This document shows, piece by piece, positions 1 to 8,842 of a stretch of DNA of 64,000 nt (position 1 is its first letter; each line of letters begins with the position of its first letter). A program made the translations under genes and the position numbers. The stretch is taken from assembly GCA_963771465.1 (NCBI GenBank), contig CAVYTU010000009.1:32001-96000 (forward strand), given 5' to 3'. The notes below the pieces were generated by a model. That model saw only the letters and a list, made by a program, of their open reading frames with translations, was not told where the DNA came from and did not search any database. The DNA is from an uncultured delta proteobacterium. Its GTDB lineage: Bacteria; Desulfobacterota; Binatia; UBA9968.

Positions 1-480
1 AGTCCCGAACGGGAACGATGACTCACAGCAATCAGAGACAAAAATGACGGCTTCACGAAGGTTGATGAGATCGAACCGTGACTTGATGAACAAGCGAATC
101 CCGGCGGCCGTCAAAATATTCTGCACGGCATCGAAAACCTCGCAGTGCAGTGCATAGAGAGGCGGCCAATGCGCCTGCTGCGTGGCGAAGTAGTGACTGC
201 ATGCGGCGGCCAGCGTGTAGGCCCACCAGTGCCGGGTGGGGACGAGCAGCAGAATGGAAATAAGGACCGCGTGCGGAGGAAAAAAAAGCGATACTTTGCT
301 GTCGGGAAAAGTCAGCACCCAGGCGGTTCGCGTCGACAAATAGTAGCAAGCGCCAGTGGCCAGAATCCCGAATACCGTGCCGAGAGAGTACCCAGGTTGC
401 TCATCAGGCCGGGTGTCAGCGCGGAATTCCAGGTCGGCACTCGCTTGTGCTTGCCGCATTGCCTCCATCATTCGAGCCAT
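1..480 (-). CDS. MASE1 domain membrane sensor protein, 5' part (runs off left edge)
   Basis: Not in the ORF track. ATG at 480 reads MARMMEAM...GACYYLSTRTAWVLTFPDSKVSLFFPPHAVLISILLLVPTRHWWAY..., with the MASE1 'SxFWPPxA...LLLxPRRxW' pattern; open to the window edge. Confidence 0.7.
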   Translation of the reverse strand, partial: MARMMEAMRQAQASADLEFRADTRPDEQPGYSLGTVFGILATGACYYLSTRTAWVLTFPDSKVSLFFPPHAVLISILLLVPTRHWWAYTLAAACSHYFATQQAHWPPLYALHCEVFDAVQNILTAAGIRLFIKSRFDLINLREAVIFVSDCCESSFPFGT

Positions 481-819
481 TCGATCGGTATTACGCTATT
501 TAGCCGCCCAACTATTAAGTGAACCGCCGACTCGTCCGGCGGGATATCCTGGACCTCATAAATATTTAGGAGTCATATCAGCTGCAATATCCATTAACTC
601 GCTTCACCTTGCAATCATTTCGGGGGCAAACGCTGCTCATGCGGCGGGTTATCCAGATATCAGCCCGCGGTATAGCTCGGCAAACTCGCCACGCATATCA
701 GAGGATTGAACAGTACGACGCTACGGTTCAAACCCATTGGCGGGTTGAGAGTAGCGGTACGCCAGAGTCAGCTTGACCCGCTTGCAGCGATAGTTCCTGC
801 CCGTTAACGTTAATTGGTT

Positions 820-1310
820 ATGCTCTCGAAAGAAGTTGCTACAGCGCTCCCACTGAAGCCGGTATTCATCGAACCAATGCTTGCCTCACCCGTGCGCGAG
901 CTGCCCGGCGGCGCCGCCTGGAGCTATGAGGCCAAACTTGACGGCTACCGATGCCTTGCGGCGCGGAGCAGCAGCGGCGTTGTGCTTTGGTCGAGGCGCG
1001 GCAATCTGTTCACGGCGCGCTTCCCGGAGATCGCCCGCGCTTGCCAGGCAATGCCCACTGAGACGATGATTGATGGCGAAGTCGACGCCATCGACGCTGA
1101 CGGGCGAATGTCGTTCAACGCGCTCCAACACAGCCGCTCGCGGACGCAGCTTCAGTTCTATGCGTTCGACGTACTGGTTCATCGTGGGCGCAGCACATTC
1201 CGGCTACCGCTAGAAGAGCGGCGGACGTTGCTCGTGAACGCGCTGGCAAAGGTTTAGTACCTGGTGATCCGCTCGACGCCATTTGACGCTAAGCCCGCGG
1301 AGACGAACCC
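820..1310 (+). pseudogene. ATP-dependent DNA ligase (LigD ligase-domain type), truncated
   Basis: FIEPMLA, WSYEAKLDGYR (adenylation KxDG), DGE and FYAFDVL motifs; TAG at 1255-1257 is followed by in-frame ligase-like YLVIRSTPF, then similarity is lost; motifs IV/V and OB domain missing. Confidence 0.8.
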
Positions 1311-1350
1311 GGCGAGACGCGCTTTAGGCCACGACGCTAAGGTGTAGGAC

Positions 1351-1584
1351 TCAGTCCTTTTTCGCTTCGCCCTTGCCCATCACCATGTTGACACACTGCC
1401 TTTGAGTGAACCATATTTCGACGGCGTCGAAGTCGCGCCTTTTGGAGTCTAGATAATGTGTGCAAACTTCTTCAGCGCGCATTTCAAGTCGGTATGCCCG
1501 CCACGTCTGCCACGTATACAACACAGACGCGACAGACACGGAGATAATTCCTATGGTGACTACGATTTGAAACCAGAGTTTCAT
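1351..1584 (-). CDS. small single-TM hypothetical protein
   Basis: N-terminal hydrophobic helix, two Cys, 77 aa. Confidence 0.55.
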   Translation of the reverse strand: MKLWFQIVVTIGIISVSVASVLYTWQTWRAYRLEMRAEEVCTHYLDSKRRDFDAVEIWFTQRQCVNMVMGKGEAKKD

Positions 1585-1960
1585 TGTCGCTCTATTCGAC
1601 CAGCACTAATTGGGTTTACTTCCACCTTTTGTCAGGAATTTCCACGCACTCCGAAACGTCCCGATGAAATTCATCCAACCGGCAACATTATTTCCAACTC
1701 TGGCAGATTCGCTTGGCGTTTGGCAAACCCGTCAATAGTTGGCTCAACTGTATTGCCTTATAGCGAAAACCGCCTTTACGATAAACATCGCTCGCCTGAC
1801 CTGCCAAAATCGAAGAATTTCATTCATGCACACTGGCAACACGACGCAACCCGCATACGGACCCCGACGCAACGTAGCCGATCTCTTAGGGTGAGGTCGG
1901 CGCGGCAAACTCAGGACCTCCATTAACCCTGCGGAAAATAAACGGATCTCACCGTAAGTG

Positions 1961-1987
1961 CAGGACAGAATAGGACAAGATAGGACA
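1961..1987. repeat. three YAGGACA direct repeats at exact 10-bp spacing
   Basis: CAGGACAgaa TAGGACAaga TAGGACA at 1961, 1971, 1981. Confidence 0.6.
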
Positions 1988-2135
1988 GCGCGGACTTGAC
2001 ATACGTTGCATGAACCTGAGAAAGGGTTGTGTAAGATTCACGCCGCGACGCCCTAGGAGTGCTTGCAGCTGTGGCACATCCCTCAAAGCCGACCCAGGAA
2101 ATCGAAGGCCGAAGCGACTAAATCTTGGAAGGATC

Positions 2136-2225
2136 ATGAAGCGTAAAGAACTACTCGGCAGAAAGCCTGAAGTTGTAGAACCCGATATTGGCGAACTGCT
2201 TTCGTTTTGGACGGGAGTGTTTTGA
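2136..2225 (+). CDS. 29-aa small ORF coupled to the downstream gene
   Basis: GGAAGGA SD, MKRKELLGRKPEVVEPDIGELLSFWTGVF; TGATG overlap with the next ORF. Confidence 0.35.
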   Translation: MKRKELLGRKPEVVEPDIGELLSFWTGVF

Positions 2226-2542
2226 TGGGCATCCATAAGCTGCTTCATTACACCTTGGACGAGAACAAGATGCCGGTTCCCTGTGACGACCCGATGGAGT
2301 GGTCCATTTGGTACCATTTTGCAGACAAGCATGTCGCTAAGGATTGGGTCGGGCCGGTGATGGTCTCGACTGTGTTCTTGGGGTTGGACTTTGGCTTCGG
2401 GTTATGGGAAACGAACGTACTGGGAGGCCGGATGGACCGCTACCAAGCCCGTAGCGATGGGCGACTCGCGGAGGCCTTGAAGATGCATGAGCGAATACTC
2501 GAGCTGGTAAAACTAGCAGAAGAGGTCATCAGAGAACTATAG
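2225..2542 (+). CDS. phage-type hypothetical protein
   Basis: VSTVFLGLDFGFG..WET.VLGG..D.YQ.R motif, recalled from a common phage hypothetical family. Confidence 0.6.
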   Translation: MGIHKLLHYTLDENKMPVPCDDPMEWSIWYHFADKHVAKDWVGPVMVSTVFLGLDFGFGLWETNVLGGRMDRYQARSDGRLAEALKMHERILELVKLAEEVIREL

Positions 2543-2737
2543 GGATGACGGCCTGCGGCGTCTTTTTGGAAAGGACGCATGCGAAAAACTCTGTAGGATT
2601 GTCGATCCCGACCGCGGAAGGGAGCAGCGAGCGCTGCACCGTCCATGATCTCCCGTGCGATCGCGGCGAACTCTCGGAGAGTGACGGGGTGAATTTTTGC
2701 CGTTGACTACGCGGACGTTGTTGGACTAGTCTCCCGA

Positions 2738-2803
2738 TTGCAAGTAGTTTTCTCCCTCCAGCTTCGCGCCGTCGACAGTGCCCGCTGCCGGCGGCGCGTT
2801 TTT
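2738..2803 (+). ncRNA. candidate small RNA with anti-SD segment and intrinsic terminator
   Basis: TTGACT-18-TAGTCT at 2703-2732; TCTCCCTCC; hairpin CGCGCCGTCGACAG/CTGCCGGCGGCGCG followed by TTTTT; no ORF. Confidence 0.4.
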
Positions 2804-3171
2804 ACTTCATGTCACCGGGTTTTCGTTTTGCGAGGATCTGCACCAAAGCCGAATAGGTGCGCGCCGACTTTGTCGCCACTGGCCGTTGCGACGCGGTGGT
2901 AAAATTCCACCGAAGGGCGCCGGTTCATCATTGTTCGATTCTCGCATGATTGTTGTGACGTACGGGTTAGCGTCTTGACGCTCTTTGACCGCCAATAAAA
3001 AGCGGCGCCACAAAGCGCAGCATGCGCGGCGACGGCACAATCGAGAGCTCGCAGGGAGTGGGTTGACTGGACGTGCTCTATGATAAAGAGCGCTGCAAAC
3101 GAGTAAAATCAATTCGAAACTTGGGTAGGTGAGACCGTTTCCATCGCTGATGTGCAACGCAACGTCTTATT

Positions 3172-3213
3172 AATCTTGCAAAAGTTGTAATGGAAAGTTT
3201 AGAGCGCCAGCTT
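3172..3213. repeat. ~40-bp element, copy 1 (copy 2 at 58889-58929)
   Basis: 32/38 identical ungapped positions with copy 2. Confidence 0.65.
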
Positions 3214-3385
3214 AGCTGAAACGACTACCTAAATGACGCCAGTGTCGAGTTTCCCTATCCTCGTATGGAGTAGTGGCCGAGGTCGCAATCTCTCAGGTTG
3301 CGTGTCGTTGAAAGCCGCTTCGAATCCAGCCGACTGACCAGCCAGCCACCGAAGCGCGTGCAGATTGCATAGTTAACTAGAAATT

Positions 3386-3832
3386 CTATGTACCCAGGAT
3401 TGCCTCGCGCAGTTCCCGAATTCTGCGCAACAGAAAGTACCAAAGCCAAGGCACAGCTGGGAGTCCAACAACTACTGCTGCGACCAGATAGAGCCAAGAG
3501 TTAGCTTGTGCCAGTTGATACTCACGATAAAGCGAAAACTAGTTGCTGCTGAACGTTCTTGGCTTTTGGATTTTTCAGGTCAAACGCAACTTGGTCAAAT
3601 CTATCCCCTCTCTGAAGCGAGGAAGTTCTCCTACTTCGACTGGGAGTCGTTCAAGATCTTCGGCATTACAGAGCAGTTTCCCCTCTGCAATCTCTCTTTT
3701 GCCTTCTGCAACGCACTCCTCTTGAATCTGTCTAACTTGATTTTCTAGCCGTCGATTGGAAATAGGTTGAGCGCTGGCGATAATGCCAGCACATAAAAGC
3801 CCTCCGAGAAGAATCTTAGTTGGTTTTTCCAT
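3386..3832 (-). pseudogene. frameshifted membrane protein
   Basis: MEKPTKILLGG... continues via two frameshifts into ...SWLYLVAAVVVGLPAVPWLWYFLLRRIRELREAILGT* (stop 3386-3388). Confidence 0.6.
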
Positions 3833-3868
3833 GCCTAATTGATATTAGCAATTCTTCGAGTCTCCCAA

Positions 3869-4001
3869 TTATTTTTTGAGTCCGTACTCTTCTTCAAGCT
3901 CTTTGCGGCGCTCTGGAAATATACCCCCCGCTGATCCACCGGCGCCTTGAACTTTCTCCCAGTTCGCCTTCTTGGCAGGATCGCCGCCTTTGAAGCGATA
4001 G
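3869..4001 (-). pseudogene. C-terminal fragment of a phage-like protein
   Basis: GYRFKGGDPAKKANWEKV motif, recalled from phage proteins; no credible start. Confidence 0.4.
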
Positions 4002-4011
4002 CCGTTGGGTT

Positions 4012-4063
4012 GCGAAATAGGCGAAATAAGCGAATTTACCCTCCCTAAATTCGCATAATTCGC
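4012..4063. repeat. inverted array of 9-bp iteron-like repeats
   Basis: GCGAAATAG GCGAAATAA GCGAATTTA ccctccc TAAATTCGC ATAATTCGC. Confidence 0.65.
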
Positions 4064-4267
4064 ACGGCAGGGATTCAAATGAGCTATCTAGCGTTGGCAA
4101 AAAAAGTTGAAGCGCGGATAATGAATTATCAAACTGCGGAACCCCCCATTCCTTCAGAAGATGACGTATTTTTCGTCACGCGATAGTCAATCCTATTCCT
4201 GGAAAAAACATCTGTGATACTTTGGTGTTAGAACGGCGAGTCAACAGCAAACAACAACTAAGGCGCT

Positions 4268-4477
4268 TCACGAAGTTGATCCTTTCCCGTTCGTCGTGCC
4301 GGTCCCCTGAAAGTTCACGCCGATAACTTTAACCAGCCAAGCCGGCTCGACTGCCTTCTCCAGGAAATCGAGCGCTTCATAAAGCTTCGGGCCGCGATCC
4401 AAGTCGTCAAACGTAATTGTGAAGGCTACAGAGCTTTCGTCGTCGTGGGATTGGAGAGAAATAATTTTTAGGGTCAT
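4268..4477 (-). CDS. small hypothetical protein
   Basis: ATG with GGGAGG SD; globular-looking 69 aa. Confidence 0.5.
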   Translation of the reverse strand: MTLKIISLQSHDDESSVAFTITFDDLDRGPKLYEALDFLEKAVEPAWLVKVIGVNFQGTGTTNGKGSTS

Positions 4478-4689
4478 ACAGCGCCTCCCGGGTGTGAGAA
4501 AAAATTTCCCATATATGCAGCGCGGTTTTCAAGCGATAACCCTAAATTACCTGGTCTTGACTTATTATCACATTTTCACATATAGCAGCGACCATGAAAC
4601 AACTTACATTTATTTGCAACTGGTGCCTTGGCTGTACTGTTGTTCGCTGTTAATGTCCAGCGATATTGATCGACCGGGGCTAGTTTGCT

Positions 4690-4905
4690 GTGATTACAAC
4701 CCTCGCGGTGCTATTAGGGTTTGTTTTAGGTGGCGCTTCAACGCTCATCGTGCTCTTGTTCGCCGCGGTCATAATCGAAGACGACGAAAAGCAAAAAAGA
4801 GCGACGCGTAGCGCTGTTGCAGTAACAGACCGACAGGGAATTAACGAATTGTCGAAAACCGGCATCATTGCATTTTCTTCTTCCGACGACGTGACATATC
4901 ACTGA
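4690..4905 (+). CDS. small membrane protein
   Basis: strong N-terminal TM segment followed by a charged tail. Confidence 0.5.
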   Translation: MITTLAVLLGFVLGGASTLIVLLFAAVIIEDDEKQKRATRSAVAVTDRQGINELSKTGIIAFSSSDDVTYH

Positions 4906-4913
4906 AACGGAAA

Positions 4914-5042
4914 CTCGCGCAAACCGTCGCGCTGGCAAAACTACTGATCGAAAAGGGCGCTATCACGAAGCAGGAGCTTCTAGAGACGATCGCCGAAGAG
5001 CGGGCGGCGTACCAGCGGCTTTTGAAGGCAATGGAACATTGA
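4914..5042 (+). pseudogene. start-less remnant of a small helical protein
   Basis: LAQTVALAKLLIEKGAITKQELLETIAEERAAYQRLL; no in-frame ATG after the upstream stop. Confidence 0.5.
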
Positions 5043-5095
5043 GGCTCATCTCGGTCGAGGAAAATATAATTCGCATGACCGTAGCGCTTCCAACG

Positions 5096-5620
5096 CTACC
5101 TGCGCAAGCGGCGCACGCCGAGCAAACCGATAAGGCCCGCGCCCAATAGCAAGATTCAAGCGGGCTCGGGCACCGCTGCCAACGAATCGCCTTGGGCGCA
5201 CGGCCCAACCGTAGAAGCCGAGGCCCTTGGGGAATACGTCTTGGAGGCCGAGGTCAGAAGAAGAAGAAGACGTCCTCGGCATCAAATCCGTACCCGACCA
5301 GTAGACGGACTGAATGTCCTCAAACGGAGAGATATTACCGGTCTTGTAAGGCCCACCTGGTAGTTGCCCGTACAGGTCTACCAGCTCACCGATACTCATC
5401 AATCTAAAATCATCGAATCGCGCCAGCGTAAGGGTGGCAGCGAAGGTGTTTTGACATCCCAATTATTTAGCCCTGATCTATCCGCGTCTTTGGTCCAGGA
5501 GATATTGTTCGTGCTGTCAAAAATCAGCCCATTGCCCCGTCGATCAATATCGCTTGAGCATTAACAGCGAACAACAGTACAGACAAGGCGCTAGCTACAA
5601 AAGTTGTGGATTTAATGGAC
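5096..5620 (-). pseudogene. DUF1566-like / PEP-CTERM protein, degraded
   Basis: signal peptide AVNAQA, LID-GNGLIFDSTNNISW, YWSGT, YGWAVRP-GD..AVPEPA*ILLLGAGLIGLLGVRRLRR; several frameshifts and an internal stop. Confidence 0.75.
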
Positions 5621-5854
5621 AGAGTTTTACAAAAAACTCGATCATGCGTCAAGACGAGTGTGATCAGGTGTCCTATGGCTCTAACTGAACCACTACCGAA
5701 TTGTGACAACCGTCACTCTATAATCGTTCCCCTTTTACTACACTTCGTGCATCGCTCGGGCGTGAGTCCTAGTTCGATTGATTTTTGTCGTTACCGCTAA
5801 TATTTTGTTATCTAAAGCTTGGTCAAATAGCCTGCAAGCATCCTGTCAATTAAC

Positions 5855-6115
5855 ATGCCAAAAATAACAACTGATGGGCTCGCTGCAATTCGTGGTAAGT
5901 TGTTTCTAAGCGCTATCGTTTCACTAGCGCTTACCTTCGCCGCTTGCAGTTCTGCGCAACCGCCGATGGCGATTAAAATGTATCACCCCGAAACCAAACA
6001 AACCCTCGACTGTTCGGCCCGCAGCACCTCGGGGGAATATTCTTCGATGCTCGCAAACGCAGCTGAAACCTGCGCGCGCCAGCTCGAAAACAAAGGCTTC
6101 GTGCGCCAAAAATAA
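5855..6115 (+). CDS. small lipoprotein
   Basis: lipobox FAAC; C...C..QLENKGF pattern. Confidence 0.7.
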   Translation: MPKITTDGLAAIRGKLFLSAIVSLALTFAACSSAQPPMAIKMYHPETKQTLDCSARSTSGEYSSMLANAAETCARQLENKGFVRQK

Positions 6116-6135
6116 CGCAGTCGGGAACTCTCACC

Positions 6136-6164
6136 TTGACATTCATGGGAGCGTTGCTTAGCTT
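6136..6164 (+). promoter_or_regulatory. sigma70-type promoter of moeB
   Basis: TTGACA-17-TAGCTT, upstream of the AGGAGGAG SD. Confidence 0.55.
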
Positions 6165-6195
6165 GGACCTCTAAGGTCTTCAATGAGGAGGAGTG

Positions 6196-7365
6196 ATGGC
6201 CAAAAGTTTTCAAGAGATTATGGCCGATGCGCGTAAGCAGATTCCCGAGGTAACCGCGCAGCAAGTCAACGAATTGTTAAAAAATAACGGTAAGTCGCCG
6301 GTGGTGCTTGATGTGCGTGAAAGCGATGAGTGGCGCCAGGGACATCTGGAAGGCGCCATCCCGTTGCCGCGCGGTTTTCTAGAAATTAAAGTCGAAAGCG
6401 CGTTGCCGGATAAGAACGCGCCGATCATCGCCTATTGCGCCGGCGGTGTGCGTTCATTGCTCGCGGCAAAAGCCATGAAAGAGATGGGCTATCAGGATGT
6501 TTCGTCCATGGCCGGCGGTTACGCCGCGTGGAAAAACGGTGGCTTCAAGTGGGTGCAAGATTTTCAGTACACGCCGGAACAGTTGATCCGTTACAGCCGC
6601 CATTTTCTTCTACCCGAAGTTGGCGAAGACGGTCAGGCGAAACTGTTGCAAGCCAAAGTGCTATTGGTCGGCGCCGGCGGACTCGGCTCGCCCGCCGCTT
6701 ATTATTTAGCGGCAGCTGGTGTTGGTACATTGGGAATTATCGATAACGACGTTGTCGATATTTCAAACCTACAGCGGCAGATTCTTCACGCCAACGATCG
6801 CGTCGGCATGCCGAAAGTCGAATCGGCGAAAAAAACCCTCGAGGGGCTTAATCCCGACGTCAAGGTGATTCCTTATCAAGCCAAACTTACGTCTGAAAAT
6901 ATCATGGAGATCATCAAGGACTACGATCTCATCATCGATGGTTGCGATAATTTTCCGACGCGCTATTTAGTTAACGACGCCTGCGTGCTCACCGGCAAAC
7001 CCAACGTCCACGGCAGCATCTTTCAGTTCGAGGGCCAGGCAACGGTTTTCTATCCAGGCAAAGGCCCCTGCTATCGTTGCCTCTATCCGGAACCGCCACC
7101 GGCTGAAATGGCGCCAAGCTGCGCCGAGGCGGGCGTCTTGGGCGTATTGCCGGGATTGATCGGCGTCATCGAGGCGCTTGAAGCGGTGAAGTTGATTCTC
7201 GGCAAAGGCGACAGCCTGGTTGGCAGATTGCTGCACTTCAACACGCTGACCATGGAGATCAATACGTTGAAACTACGGCGCGATCCGAACTGCCCAATGT
7301 GCGGCGACAACCCGACGATCCATGAATTGATCGACTACGAGGAGTTCTGCAGCTTGCGTCACTAA
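6196..7365 (+). CDS. moeB: sulfur-carrier adenylyltransferase MoeB/MoeZ with N-terminal rhodanese
   Basis: rhodanese DVRE...YCAGGVRS; RYSRH, GAGGLG, SNLQRQ, CYRC, CAEAGVLG, CPMC. Confidence 0.92.
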   Translation: MAKSFQEIMADARKQIPEVTAQQVNELLKNNGKSPVVLDVRESDEWRQGHLEGAIPLPRGFLEIKVESALPDKNAPIIAYCAGGVRSLLAAKAMKEMGYQDVSSMAGGYAAWKNGGFKWVQDFQYTPEQLIRYSRHFLLPEVGEDGQAKLLQAKVLLVGAGGLGSPAAYYLAAAGVGTLGIIDNDVVDISNLQRQILHANDRVGMPKVESAKKTLEGLNPDVKVIPYQAKLTSENIMEIIKDYDLIIDGCDNFPTRYLVNDACVLTGKPNVHGSIFQFEGQATVFYPGKGPCYRCLYPEPPPAEMAPSCAEAGVLGVLPGLIGVIEALEAVKLILGKGDSLVGRLLHFNTLTMEINTLKLRRDPNCPMCGDNPTIHELIDYEEFCSLRH

Positions 7366-7433
7366 ACGATTGCGAATGACAGCATTACGAGCGATGGGAA
7401 GAAGCTAGATTCTTACTCCGCTCGCAATAGCGA

Positions 7434-8258
7434 TCAGGTTCTAGAGAATCGCGATGAGGGACGGCTACGATGGCCGCCCCTTTTTTTTGGCGCCGCGAAA
7501 GCGCGTTGGCGTGCCGCGCCAGGACGTTCCTTGGCGAGTCCCACGGCGACTTGCAACGTTTTAATTTCGCTTTGGGTCAACGGCCGGAGCTCTCCCAGCG
7601 GCAGGTGGCCCAACTCGATGGTTCCCACCCTGATGCGAATCAGTTTCTCGACGAAGTAACCAAGTGCTTCGAACATGCGGCGCACTTCGCGTTTGCGCCC
7701 TTCGTGTATTTCGATCTCGACCCAAGCGTTCGTCTTAAGTTTTTCTACCACACGGGCGCGCGCTGGCGCGGTCATACCGTCTTCTAAACGAATACCTTCA
7801 CGCAAGCGGGCAAAATCGTCTGGCGTCGGACAACTGCTGAGCTTCACTCTATAAACTTTGCTCACCCCGAAGCGGGGATGAGATAGGCGGAGCGCCAAAT
7901 CACCGTCGTTGGTGAGGAGCAAAAGCCCAGTCGTATTGTAATCGAGCCGGCCGACGGGAAAGACCCGGCGTTTCTCGCCGAGCCTGGCGATATAAGGCGT
8001 AATATCTGGCCGATGTTGCGGGTCGTTCAACGTGGTGATCACGCCGGGCGGTTTATGAAAGGCGTAGTAAAGCGGCGCGACGGCGGTTTTTATCCGCTTG
8101 CCGTCGACTTTGATGCTGTCTTTGAATGGATCGGCCTGGGAGCCCAGTTTTGAGATAACCGTGCCGTTAACCGTGATCCGCCCTTCTTCGATCCACCGTT
8201 CTGCCTCGCGGCGCGAAGCCAAGCCGGCGCGGGCGATTATTTTTTGCAGCCGTTCCAT
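7434..8258 (-). CDS. rluB: rRNA pseudouridine synthase (RluB/RsuA family)
   Basis: S4 domain ERLQKIIARAG.ASRR; GRLD catalytic motif; EGRKREVRRM; follows scpB. Confidence 0.9.
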   Translation of the reverse strand: MERLQKIIARAGLASRREAERWIEEGRITVNGTVISKLGSQADPFKDSIKVDGKRIKTAVAPLYYAFHKPPGVITTLNDPQHRPDITPYIARLGEKRRVFPVGRLDYNTTGLLLLTNDGDLALRLSHPRFGVSKVYRVKLSSCPTPDDFARLREGIRLEDGMTAPARARVVEKLKTNAWVEIEIHEGRKREVRRMFEALGYFVEKLIRIRVGTIELGHLPLGELRPLTQSEIKTLQVAVGLAKERPGAARQRAFAAPKKRGGHRSRPSSRFSRT

Positions 8259-8266
8259 CTCGACCG

Positions 8267-8842
8267 CTACTTTTCCTCGAGCTGTTCGAGGGAAATGATG
8301 TCGCCGGGAATCTCCGGCAGGGAGATTTCATCCATCTCTTTGAGCGTCGGCAAATGAGTCAAGTCTTTAAGATTAAAGAGCTGCAAAAACTCCGGCGTCG
8401 TGCCGTAGAGAAACGGCCGTCCGGGTACGTCTTTGCGCGCCACGGCGCGGATCAGATTGCGCTCGAGCAGTGTCGCGATCACGCCGTCGACATCGACGCC
8501 ACGGATCGCTTCGATCTCGGCTTTGGTGATCGGTTGGCGATAAGCGATGATCGCCAGGGTTTCGAGGGTCGCCCTGCCCATGCGCGCCGGACGTCCGCCG
8601 AGAAATTTCTTTACCCAGTCGGCATTGGCCTTCGCCGTGCGCAGTTGATAACCGCCGCCCACTTCGACCAATCGAACACCGCGCCGCTGGGCTTCCCATT
8701 CGGCCTGGAGTTCGGACAAAACGGCTTGAATCGTATCCTTGTCGACGCCCTCCAAGACTTCCGCGAAGCGCTGTAACGTTTGCGGCCCGTCGGCGACGAA
8801 CAGAAGACTTTCGACGATCGACTTTACGTCCTCACGTTCCAT
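8267..8842 (-). CDS. scpB: SMC-Scp complex subunit ScpB
   Basis: GGYQLRT, LETLAIIAYRQPITKAEIEAIRGV, GRP.LYGTT. Confidence 0.95.
   Translation of the reverse strand: MEREDVKSIVESLLFVADGPQTLQRFAEVLEGVDKDTIQAVLSELQAEWEAQRRGVRLVEVGGGYQLRTAKANADWVKKFLGGRPARMGRATLETLAIIAYRQPITKAEIEAIRGVDVDGVIATLLERNLIRAVARKDVPGRPFLYGTTPEFLQLFNLKDLTHLPTLKEMDEISLPEIPGDIISLEQLEEK

Noticed and set aside
725-735. GGTTCAAACCC, resembling a tRNA T-loop or att core
   Set aside because: No acceptor stem, D arm or anticodon arm can be built around it.
3172-3213. CRISPR-repeat-like look (ATGGAAAG, GTTTAGAGC)
   Set aside because: Only two copies 55 kb apart, no spacer periodicity and no cas genes.
6196-7365. Rhodanese domain N-terminal to MoeB as a novelty
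   Set aside because: This domain order is already known among MoeB/MoeZ proteins.
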